Shown here one piece after another: positions 1-8,203 of a stretch of 35,625 bases of DNA. Every line of letters begins with the position of its first letter. Within the stretch, counting starts at the first letter, position 1. This stretch comes from Thermodesulfovibrio sp. (GTDB lineage Bacteria; Nitrospirota; Thermodesulfovibrionia; Thermodesulfovibrionales; JdFR-85). The translations under genes and the position numbers were made by a program. Below the pieces are notes generated by a model. That model was not told the DNA's origin. It made no database searches and worked only from the letters and a program-made list of their open reading frames with translations. The DNA is taken from NCBI GenBank assembly GCA_027050975.1, contig JALUAR010000215.1:2375-37999 (forward strand), given 5' to 3'.

Positions 1-144
1 AGCCTCGGTCAGTTCCTTTATCTGCTCTTCTCCTCCGGTACCACATAGGGTAGCACACTCAGAGCACCCTATAAGGAAGAAACTCTTGTAGTTTTTGATA
101 TTCTCCATTAACTCCTGAAAGTCCTTCTTCTTCGTGATGATCAT
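1..144 (-). CDS. partial CDS (N-terminal 48 aa, continues off the left edge); tentatively MetV-like / methylenetetrahydrofolate-reductase-associated Cys-rich protein
   Basis: Not in the ORF track. The reverse complement of 1..144 reads MIITKKKDFQELMENIKNYKSFFLIGCSECATLCGTGGEEQIKELTEA. ATG is at 144..142 and GGAGG (154..150) lies 5 nt upstream. I recall the GCxxCAxxCxTGG motif from MTHFR-C/MetV-type proteins. The gene lies immediately downstream of folD. Confidence 0.4.
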   Translation of the reverse strand, partial: MIITKKKDFQELMENIKNYKSFFLIGCSECATLCGTGGEEQIKELTEA

Positions 145-213
145 TATTGCCTCCTGTTACACAAAAATATAAGGGGAGCTATACCAAAGCTGTGCTCCTA
201 TATCCAAACGGTT

Positions 214-1119
214 TTATTTGATCGATAATTTAGCTGCTCTTACCGTATTCTTCATAAGCATGGTAATGGTCATGGGTCCCACACCACCTGGAACCGGTGT
301 TATAGCACCGGCTATCTCTTTGGCTGCATCAAAGTCAACATCACCCTTCAGTATGGGGACCATTCTGCCTGTCTTCTCACTCTTTTTCTCACCAACCCTG
401 TTGACACCGACATCAATAACACATGCACCAGGCTTTATCCATTCAGGCTTAACAAGGCCCGGCACTCCGGCAGCCACGATAAGTATGTCCGCACGCTTGC
501 AGTGAGCGGCAAGGTCTTTTGTTCCTGTATGAACCACAGTTACCGTTGCATTTGCACCTCTGCCTTTCTGCATTAACATTATGGCTATAGGCTTTCCGAC
601 AATATTGGATCTGCCTACCACTACCACCTCTGCTCCCGATGTTTCAACGCCGGAGCGGACTATCAGTTCCTGAATACCTGCAGGTGTGCAGGGCAGAAAC
701 CTTGTCTCCTCGCCACCGATGACAAGACGTCCTAAGTTTACCGGATGAAAACAGTCAACATCCTTGTCCGGATCAATTGCATTGATCACCTTCTTCTCAT
801 CAATGTGCTTTGGCAGTGGCAGCTGAACAAGAATACCGTGAATCTTGGGGTCTTTGTTGTACTTGTCTACAAGCTTTAAAAGCTCCTCCTCGGAGATATC
901 CTCGGGCTGGTCATCCTGCACTGAGTAGAAACCAAGCTCATGAGCTGTCTTCTGCTTTGCCGTTACATAACTTACAGAGGCGGGATTCTTACCCACCAGA
1001 ATGGTAACAAGGCCGGGAACAATGCCGTGTTTTTCCTTCATCTCGGCAACTTCCCTCTTAAGTTCTTCTCTGATCTCTGCTGCAATTGCCTTTCCATCGA
1101 TAATCTTTGCTGACATCAA
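214..1119 (-). CDS. folD: bifunctional 5,10-methylene-tetrahydrofolate dehydrogenase / 5,10-methenyl-THF cyclohydrolase
   Basis: 301 aa. The N-terminus AKIIDGKAIAAEIREELKREV..PGLVTILVG.NPAS.SYV..K and the motifs GILVQLPLP and VVVVGRSNIVGKP are the classic FolD signature. AAGGAGG lies upstream of the start. Confidence 0.93.
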   Translation of the reverse strand: MMSAKIIDGKAIAAEIREELKREVAEMKEKHGIVPGLVTILVGKNPASVSYVTAKQKTAHELGFYSVQDDQPEDISEEELLKLVDKYNKDPKIHGILVQLPLPKHIDEKKVINAIDPDKDVDCFHPVNLGRLVIGGEETRFLPCTPAGIQELIVRSGVETSGAEVVVVGRSNIVGKPIAIMLMQKGRGANATVTVVHTGTKDLAAHCKRADILIVAAGVPGLVKPEWIKPGACVIDVGVNRVGEKKSEKTGRMVPILKGDVDFDAAKEIAGAITPVPGGVGPMTITMLMKNTVRAAKLSIK

Positions 1120-1182
1120 AACCTCCTTATATTTTGGTTATTTGGCGTTTAGGAATTCGGGGTTAGCTTTTTAATTAGGGTT

Positions 1183-1746
1183 CTAATCTCTTTTTTTAAT
1201 AAGTTCCAACATCTCCTCCCTTGTTGACTGCTTTGATCTGAATATTCCCCTTACCGCAGACGTAACGGTTCTTGAGCCGGGCTTTTTTATCCCTCTCATA
1301 CTCAGACATAGATGTTCCGCATCTATAATAACCATGGCTCCCTTGGGTTTTAGCCTCTCCATAATCATATCTGCAAGCTGAGCTGTAAGGCGTTCCTGAA
1401 CCTGGGGCCTTTTGGCAAGTATTTCAAGGGCCTTTGCAAGTTCTCCTATACCGACGATTCTACCCTTTTCAGGTATGTATGCAATATGGGCCCGGCCGAA
1501 GAAGGGAAGCAGATGATGTTCACACACGGAATAAAAAGGGATATCCTTGAGCATCACCATCTCGTCATGGCTTTCGCCCTCTATGGGTTTCAGAAGGTCC
1601 TCAGGTTGTGACTCAAGACCTGCGAATATCTCTTCAAACATTGCAGCCACACGCTGAGGGGTTCTTCTGAGCCCGGGTCTGTCCGGATCCTCCCCTATGC
1701 CTTCAAGAAGCAGCCTCACGCCCTTTTCTATCTTTTTGATATCCAT
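1183..1746 (-). CDS. folE: GTP cyclohydrolase I
   Basis: 187 aa. [33 protein letters not shown] and the C-terminal HLCLSMRG are canonical FolE type 1 motifs. Confidence 0.93.
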   Translation of the reverse strand: MDIKKIEKGVRLLLEGIGEDPDRPGLRRTPQRVAAMFEEIFAGLESQPEDLLKPIEGESHDEMVMLKDIPFYSVCEHHLLPFFGRAHIAYIPEKGRIVGIGELAKALEILAKRPQVQERLTAQLADMIMERLKPKGAMVIIDAEHLCLSMRGIKKPGSRTVTSAVRGIFRSKQSTREEMLELIKKRD

Positions 1747-1758
1747 AAAAACCTTCCC

Positions 1759-2352
1759 CTATATTTTTTCTGTTATCTTTATAACCCGTCTGTCTGTCAC
1801 AATCATATCGACCTTTATATCATGCTCTGCTGTTGGCACCTCCTCAACTATCTGCTCTTCGTAGGCAACGGCAATTAGAGGGGGTCTATTGATTATACCA
1901 CCAATAAGACGGTCATAGTATCCTCCTCCGTAACCGAGACGGCCTCCTCTGTCATCAAAGGCCACTCCCGGCAGCATGATCAGGTCCAGATCTTCCGCAT
2001 TAACCTCTCTGTCAGCAACAGGTTTTGGCTCAGATATTCCCATATACCCCTTTTCCAGATCCGAAATATTATTAATCAGGTACAGTCGAAGCACCTTAGT
2101 TTCCCTATCCACCCTTGGCAGCACAACCCGTTTGCCATCACCCAAGGCAGTGGTAATGATCTCAAAAGTATCCACTTCCGTCCTGAATGAGGCAAAAAGC
2201 ATTACCGTATCAGCTGTCCTGTACTCATCAAGGCCAAGAAATCTCTCTCTTATCAACCTGTTTTTAACCTCTCTTACCTCGGGAGGGATGAGGTCCCTTT
2301 TTTTAAGAATCTCCGATCTCAATTCCTTTTTGGTCATTAATAATTCCATCAT
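1759..2352 (-). CDS. 5-formyltetrahydrofolate cyclo-ligase (MTHFS)
   Basis: 197 aa. KKELRSEILKKR at the N-terminus and GRLGYGGGYYDR near the C-terminus are typical of the 5-FTHF cyclo-ligase family. The true start may be the third Met (2337, MTKKELR). Confidence 0.85.
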   Translation of the reverse strand: MMELLMTKKELRSEILKKRDLIPPEVREVKNRLIRERFLGLDEYRTADTVMLFASFRTEVDTFEIITTALGDGKRVVLPRVDRETKVLRLYLINNISDLEKGYMGISEPKPVADREVNAEDLDLIMLPGVAFDDRGGRLGYGGGYYDRLIGGIINRPPLIAVAYEEQIVEEVPTAEHDIKVDMIVTDRRVIKITEKI

Positions 2353-2373
2353 TGCTTAACAGAGTTCATGTTT

Positions 2374-3144
2374 TTAGTCACCGTCCAGTCTGTTTTTTAT
2401 TTCCCTTACTTCCTCAACCGTATCTGGACTGTTTTTGTAAGGAGGAATTCCCGAAATATCCGCCTCCATAATTTCGGGCCTGAAGGTGATATGCCCTAAG
2501 AGCGTCATGTCACCTATTGCTGTCTTTATGAAATCTATATCCTCAGAGCCTCGCACCTTATTAGCCACCACATACACCTTTTTTATTCCCAGGCCTGATG
2601 CCATCTCCTTCACATGATGGGCGGTCTGAATCGATCTCTGTCCGGGCTCAACAACCACCACAAAGGCATCCACACCTTCGGCAGTACCCCTGGTAAGATG
2701 TTCTATCCCCGCCTCCATATCCACTATAACCACCTCGTCCCTCTCTACAACGAGATGTCTGAGAAGGCGTCTGAGAAAAACATTCTCCGGACAGTAACAT
2801 CCTGAGGCAGCCTCTTTGGATTTTCCCATAACAAGGAGGGTTATACCATTGACCTTCTTGCCGAACTCCTCGGGGATATCATCCACACGAGGGTTAAGCC
2901 TGAATATCCCTCCCATACTGCCCGGTCTTGCACCTGTGCGTTCCGCAATCACGTCCGTAAGTTCGGCAATTGGTCTTATCTCTTCGATCTCTTGCTGTGA
3001 CAGGCCGAGTGCCTGGGCAAGGTTAGCATCAGGATCGGCATCTACAGCCACCACCCGCCTGCCCTCACTGGCATAAAGATAGCTCAGAATAGCAGAAAGG
3101 GTGGTCTTCCCTACACCGCCTTTTCCGGTTATTGCTATTTTCAT
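2374..3144 (-). CDS. cooC: CooC/AcsF-type nickel-insertion P-loop ATPase (CO dehydrogenase maturation factor)
   Basis: MKIAITGKGGVGKTTLSA is a deviant Walker A, and the CYCPEN motif (a CxC metal site) is typical of CooC. The track ORF extends to 3159 (MLEFFM...), but MKIAITGKGG at 3144 is the canonical N-terminus. Confidence 0.85.
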   Translation of the reverse strand: MKIAITGKGGVGKTTLSAILSYLYASEGRRVVAVDADPDANLAQALGLSQQEIEEIRPIAELTDVIAERTGARPGSMGGIFRLNPRVDDIPEEFGKKVNGITLLVMGKSKEAASGCYCPENVFLRRLLRHLVVERDEVVIVDMEAGIEHLTRGTAEGVDAFVVVVEPGQRSIQTAHHVKEMASGLGIKKVYVVANKVRGSEDIDFIKTAIGDMTLLGHITFRPEIMEADISGIPPYKNSPDTVEEVREIKNRLDGD

Positions 3145-3149
3145 AAAAA

Positions 3150-3179
3150 ATTCTAACATTTACTTTAAAAAACTGTCAA
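3150..3179 (-). promoter_or_regulatory. candidate sigma70-type promoter for the cooC-folate operon (TTGACA-N18-TAGAAT)
   Basis: On the minus strand, TTGACA is at 3179..3174 and TAGAAT at 3155..3150. The -10 ends only 5 nt before the ATG at 3144. No Shine-Dalgarno precedes either candidate ATG. Confidence 0.3.
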
Positions 3180-3250
3180 AAAAGGGCTACTATAGTATTT
3201 ATTTATAAACAAACAAATTAAAAAAAACTAAACTTTATATTTACAAGATA

Positions 3251-4060
3251 ATGAGGGTAATAGATTTTCACACCCATATCTTTCCTGACAAGATAGCTGA
3301 AGAGGCACTAAAAAGGCTTTCCGAACACTCCGGCCCGTACAGCCCCAAAACCAACGGTACCCTTTCGGGGCTTCTCTCCTCCATGGACCATGCAGGTGTG
3401 GAATTAAGCGTTGTGGCAAACATAGCCACAAAACCCACACAGGTGGAACCTATTCTAACGTTTTCTCAACAGATTCTTTCGGAGAGGATATACCCCCTGG
3501 TCTCTTTTCATCCTGACAACAGCCTGGCTGAGGTGGAAGAGCTTCTTAGAAAGGCATCCTCTGCGGGTTTAAAGGGTATAAAGCTGCATCCCATGTATCA
3601 GGACTTTTTTATTGATGAAGAGAAAATGTTCCCATATTATGAGTTGGTTTCAAAACATGGGTTCTTTCTTTTTTTCCACACAGGCTTTGACATCGCCTTT
3701 CCGGGTAACACCCAGGCTGAGGTGGAGAGGATAGCAAGACTGGCCGAACAGTTTCCCTCCCTTACCATTGTCGCTACCCATACAGGAGGGTGGAAACAGT
3801 GGGACAGAATCGGCGTACTCACCGGATATGAAAACATTTATACAGAGATCTCCATGACAATTACAGAGGTCAGTGAGGAGGAGTTTGTTGATCTCCTGCA
3901 TCGGTTTGACAGCCAGAGGATATTTTTCGGCACTGACAGTCCCTGGACAGACCAGAAGGAGATGATTGACAGGCTCCTGAGACTTCCTTTATCCCGGGAA
4001 TTGACAGAGAGGCTTCTTTACGACAATGCCAGGAGATTCCTTGACAGATACAGGGTCTAA
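3251..4060 (+). CDS. amidohydrolase-fold (TIM-barrel metal-dependent hydrolase, Amidohydro_2-like) protein
   Basis: 269 aa. It has the N-terminal [10 protein letters not shown] (HxH metal motif), internal HTGF and THTGG, and C-terminal FGTDSPW. Confidence 0.75.
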   Translation: MRVIDFHTHIFPDKIAEEALKRLSEHSGPYSPKTNGTLSGLLSSMDHAGVELSVVANIATKPTQVEPILTFSQQILSERIYPLVSFHPDNSLAEVEELLRKASSAGLKGIKLHPMYQDFFIDEEKMFPYYELVSKHGFFLFFHTGFDIAFPGNTQAEVERIARLAEQFPSLTIVATHTGGWKQWDRIGVLTGYENIYTEISMTITEVSEEEFVDLLHRFDSQRIFFGTDSPWTDQKEMIDRLLRLPLSRELTERLLYDNARRFLDRYRV

Positions 4061-5361
4061 TCCGTCAGGTTTCTCCTGTCAATCACCCGCTTTGCCTTTC
4101 CTTCAAATCTCTCCAATGTCTTTTTCTCTACAAGCTTTACCTCTACGGATATCCCGAGTTCAGATGCAAGTCGCCTCTTTATGAGCTCGATCAGTTCATG
4201 CTGTTTCTTCATCTCGTCAAAGAAGATCTGCTCTGATACCTCAACAAGTACTGTAAGTTCATCAAGATGGCCTTTTCTGTCAACTATTATCTGGTAGTGA
4301 GGTTCTGTGCCTTCTATCTCGAAAAGGACTGACTCAATCTGCGAGGGAAAGACGTTCACGCCCTTTACTATGAGCATATCATCCGTCCGACCAAGCACCT
4401 TGGACATCCTGTAGAACTTTCTTCCGCAGGGACACGGCTCTGTTATAAGACGTGTAAGATCCCTCGTCCTGTATCTGATCATTGGAAAAGCCTCTTTCGT
4501 AAGGGTAGTGATAACTAACTCACCCACCTCTCCCGGCTTAACTGGCTCAAGGGTATCAGGATTTATAATCTCTACCAGAAAATGGTCCTCATTGATATGA
4601 AGCCCGTTTCTTTCAAGACACTCTCCTGCCACACCGGGTCCCATCACCTCACTCAGGCCATAGTTGTCAGTAGCGGTGATTTTCAGCTTCTCCTCTATCT
4701 CCTTCCTCATCCTCTCCGACCATGGTTCTGCACCGAAAAGGCCGTATTTCAGGGAAAGACCATTAACATTTATCCCCATCTCGTACATGGTGTCTGCCAG
4801 AAGCAGTGCATAGCTGGGTGTACAGATAAGGGCCGTGGTCTTGAAGTCTTGCATTATCTTTATCTGCCTTCTGGTGTTGCCGCTTGAAATGGGAATAACA
4901 GAGGCACCTATACGTTCTGCTCCGTAATGAAGGCCAAAACCTCCTGTAAAGAGTCCGTATCCGAAGGCGATCTGCACCACATCATCCTTTGTAACGCCTC
5001 CGGCTGTAAGCACCCTTGCCGTCAGATTCGACCAGGTCTTTATATCATTTTTCGTGTATCCTACAACTGTAGGAATACCAGTTGTACCGGAGGAGGCATG
5101 TATTCTAACCACCTCCCTCAGAGGCACTGCGAAAAGTCCATAGGGATAGTTGTCTCTCAGGTCCTGTTTTGTGGTAAAAGGAAGCCTCTTTAGATCGTCA
5201 AGGGACTTGATCTGGTCAGGATCAATGCCGAGTTCGTCAAATTTTTTACGATAAAAAGGCACATTCAGATAGGCTCTGTTTATTGTAGCCTCAAGCCGTT
5301 CAAGCTGCAGCTGTTCCAGCTCATCTCTGTCCATGCACTCCTTATCTGGCTCCCAATACAT
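4057..5361 (-). CDS. paaK: phenylacetate-CoA ligase family (PaaK / coenzyme F390 synthetase-like adenylate-forming enzyme)
   Basis: [19 protein letters not shown]...FYRKKF...[18 protein letters not shown]...[13 protein letters not shown] is the PaaK signature. The track start at 5367 abuts GGGAGG with no spacer, so the second ATG (5361) is the likelier start. Confidence 0.88.
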   Translation of the reverse strand: MYWEPDKECMDRDELEQLQLERLEATINRAYLNVPFYRKKFDELGIDPDQIKSLDDLKRLPFTTKQDLRDNYPYGLFAVPLREVVRIHASSGTTGIPTVVGYTKNDIKTWSNLTARVLTAGGVTKDDVVQIAFGYGLFTGGFGLHYGAERIGASVIPISSGNTRRQIKIMQDFKTTALICTPSYALLLADTMYEMGINVNGLSLKYGLFGAEPWSERMRKEIEEKLKITATDNYGLSEVMGPGVAGECLERNGLHINEDHFLVEIINPDTLEPVKPGEVGELVITTLTKEAFPMIRYRTRDLTRLITEPCPCGRKFYRMSKVLGRTDDMLIVKGVNVFPSQIESVLFEIEGTEPHYQIIVDRKGHLDELTVLVEVSEQIFFDEMKKQHELIELIKRRLASELGISVEVKLVEKKTLERFEGKAKRVIDRRNLTD

Positions 5362-5426
5362 TGTCATCCTCCCTTAGATGTTCATAATTACTTCATTCTA
5401 TGGTTACGGAAAACTTTTGTCAAGAT

Positions 5427-5453
5427 TAAAGTTTTTCTTCAAATGTCCGATAT
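5427..5453 (+). promoter_or_regulatory. sigma28 (FliA) class III promoter of fliC: TAAAGTTT-N11-TCCGATAT
   Basis: taaagttt is at 5427..5434 and tccgatat at 5446..5453. The spacing matches the consensus TAAAGTTT-N11-GCCGATAA (TAAA-N15-GCCGATAT in Bacillus). It lies about 120 nt upstream of the flagellin ATG. Confidence 0.8.
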
Positions 5454-5529
5454 AGATATCAGACAGACAAGAAGGTCCGGAAAGGAGGTGGTTAGCGGGA
5501 AGAATCTGGACCAGAAGCCAAAGCTAAAT

Positions 5530-5546
5530 GGTAGCCGGATGCTACC
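5530..5546 (+). promoter_or_regulatory. fliC 5'-UTR hairpin presenting GGA in its loop (candidate CsrA binding site)
   Basis: GGTAGC (5530..5535) pairs perfectly with GCTACC (5541..5546). The loop is CGGAU. A second GGA lies in the SD AAGGAGGT (5562..5569), and an identical AAGGAGGT octamer is at 5482..5489. Confidence 0.35.
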
Positions 5547-5574
5547 AGAGAAAACTTTTACAAGGAGGTAAAAG

Positions 5575-6417
5575 ATGGCATTAGTTATTAACACCAATAT
5601 CATGTCTTTAAATGCTCAGAGAAACCTGGCGAAGAGTAACGCCAGTCTGAGCAAATCAGTCCAGAGACTCTCCTCAGGTCTTAGAATTAACTCAGCAGCA
5701 GATGATGCTGCAGGGCTTGCCATATCAGAGAAGGTCAGTGCCCAGGTGAGAAGCATCCAGGTTGCGATCCGTAATGCTCAGGATGGTATCAGTCTTGCTC
5801 AGGTAGCAGAAGGCGGACTTACAGAGATCGGAAACATCCTTACCAGGATGAGAGAGCTGGCTGAGGAAGCTGCAAACGGAACTCTTGGCTCTTCAGAAAG
5901 GTCAGCTCTGGATAACGAGTATCAGCAGCTTAAGTCCGAGATTGACAGAATAGCCAGTGTAACAGAGTTCAACGGCATCAAACTCCTCGACGGTTCTCAG
6001 TCTACAACTGGTGTCACACTGCAGGTCGGCTTCAAAAATACCACCAACGACAGAATTACCTTTTTCTCGGGTATTGACGCAACAAACACCACAAAACTCG
6101 GAATTACGGGCACCTTCGGTACCATCTCATCTGCGGCAAATGCCCAGTCAGCACTCACTCAGATTGACTCTGCTATCTCCACAGTTGCAGAACGCAGAGG
6201 CACCCTTGGTGCTATTCAGAACAGGCTGGAATCCACCATTAACAACCTTAGAATCGCATCAGAGAACCTCTCCGCTGCAAACTCACGAATCAGAGATGCG
6301 GACTTCGCGTATGAAACAGCTATCTTTACCAGGAACCAGATACTGGTACAGGCAGGCACTGCAATTCTTGCACAGGCGAATGTGCTGCCACAGTATGCAC
6401 TTCAGCTCCTGGGATAA
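5575..6417 (+). CDS. fliC: flagellin (short, D0/D1-only type, 280 aa)
   Basis: ALVINTNIMSLNAQRNL....LS.S.QRLSSGLRINSAADDAAGLAISEK at the N-terminus and LSAANSRIRDADFA.ET...TRNQIL.QAGTA.LAQAN..PQ.AL.LL at the C-terminus. There is a strong SD 6 nt upstream. Confidence 0.97.
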   Translation: MALVINTNIMSLNAQRNLAKSNASLSKSVQRLSSGLRINSAADDAAGLAISEKVSAQVRSIQVAIRNAQDGISLAQVAEGGLTEIGNILTRMRELAEEAANGTLGSSERSALDNEYQQLKSEIDRIASVTEFNGIKLLDGSQSTTGVTLQVGFKNTTNDRITFFSGIDATNTTKLGITGTFGTISSAANAQSALTQIDSAISTVAERRGTLGAIQNRLESTINNLRIASENLSAANSRIRDADFAYETAIFTRNQILVQAGTAILAQANVLPQYALQLLG

Positions 6418-6425
6418 TTTCGGTT

Positions 6426-6454
6426 CGGAAGGAGGGGCTACGCCTCTCCTTCCG
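6426..6454 (+). terminator. strong stem-loop just after the fliC stop (terminator-like or attenuating/stabilising hairpin, no U-tract)
   Basis: CGGAAGGAGGGG (6426..6437) pairs with CCTCTCCTTCCG (6443..6454). This gives 12 bp with one G-U pair and a 5-nt loop CTACG. It is followed by GCCAGAATGAGG rather than a T-run. Confidence 0.4.
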
Positions 6455-6473
6455 GCCAGAATGAGGGCAAGCC

Positions 6474-6818
6474 ATGATTGATGGCATAAAGAACATAAGC
6501 ATTCAGACAACGCAGAGCACAGCAGAATCTGCAACAAAGAAGAGTGCGCCAAAAAAGGATGGCACCCCCCGGAGCAGGAACCTCCTTGCCACAAAGACCG
6601 AAGAAAAAAAGAAAACAGAAAATAACGAGGTCGTTATAGATAAGTATTTAAACAGAACAATACAGTTAGAGATAGATAAAGAGCTTAAAACAGTGGTTGC
6701 AAAGATTATTGATAAAGAGACGGGAGCGGTGGTTAGACAGATTCCTCCCGAAGAGATGATGAAGATTGCCAGGTTTATCAAGAAAAAAGTGGGCTTAATA
6801 TTAGACAGGGAGGCATAA
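6474..6818 (+). CDS. flaG: FlaG family flagellar protein
   Basis: 114 aa. The C-terminal LEIDKELKTVVAKIIDKETGAVVRQIPPEEMMKIARFI matches the FlaG-family core (..V.V.D..TGEVIRQIP.EE.L). It sits between fliC and fliD, as is usual. Confidence 0.85.
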   Translation: MIDGIKNISIQTTQSTAESATKKSAPKKDGTPRSRNLLATKTEEKKKTENNEVVIDKYLNRTIQLEIDKELKTVVAKIIDKETGAVVRQIPPEEMMKIARFIKKKVGLILDREA

Positions 6819-8189
6819 ATGGCTGTTATAACCGGAGTTGGTGTAACATCAGGAATAGATTATAATCAGTTAATAGCCAGTATTATAGAGGTTGAAAGAC
6901 AGCCAATATACAGGCTTCAGAGCAGACAGTCCCGGTATCAGGATAAAATCAGCGTCTATAACACCTTATCATCTAAGCTTTCTTCTCTTCAGGATGCCGT
7001 GGACAAGCTAAGAACCTCCACCAATTTCTATGAAAAGACTGCTTCTGTCAGTAATGAGACAATTATAGATGCCACAGCAAGCAACTCTGCCTCTGCTGGC
7101 ATATACACTATAGAGCCTCATTCCGTGGCAGGGAAGATCCAGCTTGCCGCTGCTGACCGTCGTACTGGCACCACCTCATGGACGTCATCCACTGACGTTA
7201 TCAATAGCACAGGAGCCTCGCAAACCTTTGAATATACTTATGCCGGAACCACTGTCACTCTTTCAGTAGCTGACGGTGCCACATTGGAAGATCTCCGGGA
7301 CGCTATTAACAATGATACAAACAACCCAGGAGTAACAGCAACAATAATCAATGTGGGAACAAACGACTACAGGCTGGTTCTTACAGGTCAGGATACGGGC
7401 TCATCCAACACAATAACAATTACAACAAATACAACCCTTACCGGCTTTTCTGATTCAGACTTCACAGCAAGCACGGCAGCAGATGCAAAGTTCAGAATAG
7501 GAGGCATAGATATAGTAAAGGATAGCAATACCATATCCGACGTAATCCCTGGAGTAACCTTTACGCTTAAGGCAGAGAGCACCTCTTCCGTAACAATCAC
7601 AGTGAACAATGACATAGACACGATTCAGCAAAATATAGAGGACTTTGTCAGTGCCTACAATGAGGTTGTTGACTATGTCTCCAGTAACTCCCAGTATGAC
7701 ACTACAACACATACAGGCGGCCCCCTTAACGGAGAGTCCACAGCCAGAGAGATCATCAACAGATTAAAAAGCATTGTTACAAGCAGGGTCTCAGGGCTTT
7801 CTGAAGACCTGAGAACACTTGCACAGCTTGGAATCACCACAGATTACGAAACAGGACAACTTACCATCGACAGTTCTACATTGAATGAGAAGCTAACAAC
7901 CAGCCTTGATAAGGTGGCAGACCTGTTTACGGATTCGACAGCAGGAATCGCTGTGGAGCTTTATGACTATATCGATGATGTAACGGACTCAACGGATGGA
8001 AGGATCACAATACGCACCGAAGGGCTTCAGGATCTGGTTGAGGACATCTCTGATGAGATTTCCGACCTGGAAAGCAGGCTGACAATTGTAGAGGAGAACC
8101 TGAGAAGACAGTTTGCTGCTCTGGAGTCGTTATTAACAAATATGAGTGCTGAAAGCACATTCCTGATGAACCTTGTAAGCATGTTATAA
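6819..8189 (+). CDS. fliD: flagellar filament capping protein (hook-associated protein 2)
   Basis: 456 aa. It has the N-terminal GVTSGIDYNQLI..II..ERQPI.RLQ and the C-terminal coiled region ..E.RL...E..LRRQFAALESLL..M....TFL. The central part is Thr/Ser-rich. The start abuts the flaG stop, with GGGAGG upstream. Confidence 0.93.
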   Translation: MAVITGVGVTSGIDYNQLIASIIEVERQPIYRLQSRQSRYQDKISVYNTLSSKLSSLQDAVDKLRTSTNFYEKTASVSNETIIDATASNSASAGIYTIEPHSVAGKIQLAAADRRTGTTSWTSSTDVINSTGASQTFEYTYAGTTVTLSVADGATLEDLRDAINNDTNNPGVTATIINVGTNDYRLVLTGQDTGSSNTITITTNTTLTGFSDSDFTASTAADAKFRIGGIDIVKDSNTISDVIPGVTFTLKAESTSSVTITVNNDIDTIQQNIEDFVSAYNEVVDYVSSNSQYDTTTHTGGPLNGESTAREIINRLKSIVTSRVSGLSEDLRTLAQLGITTDYETGQLTIDSSTLNEKLTTSLDKVADLFTDSTAGIAVELYDYIDDVTDSTDGRITIRTEGLQDLVEDISDEISDLESRLTIVEENLRRQFAALESLLTNMSAESTFLMNLVSML

Positions 8190-8203
8190 AGGAGGTGTAT
8201 TCA

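Noticed and set aside
218-505. The ORF track contains many antisense or alternate-frame ORFs. Examples are 218..505, 810..1007, 1976..2359, 6011..6481, 6283..6594, 6503..6781, 12570..12917, 28800..29339, 31142..31522 and 33370..33801.
   Set aside because: Each lies wholly inside a longer ORF with clear family motifs on the other strand or frame. Their translations are low-complexity or motif-free, and they lack Shine-Dalgarno sequences. I treated them as shadow ORFs.
4057-4060. The amidohydrolase (+) and paaK (-) stop codons overlap convergently by 4 nt, leaving no room for terminators.
   Set aside because: It is real in the sequence but common in compact genomes. I cannot support any functional inference from it, such as antisense interference.
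5487-5569. A possible upstream ORF in the fliC leader: GTG at 5487 reading VVSGKNLDQKPKLNGSRMLPEKTFTRR and ending at the TAA inside the fliC SD region.
   Set aside because: The GTG overlaps the putative SD (AAGGAGGTG), which gives zero spacing. The peptide has no recognisable features. The duplicated AAGGAGGT is better explained as a CsrA or decoy site.
6560-6575. TGGCAC at 6560..6565 as a possible sigma54 -24 element for fliD.
   Set aside because: It is followed by CCCCCGGAGC, so there is no TTGC/TGC -12 element at the correct spacing. It also lies inside the flaG coding sequence.
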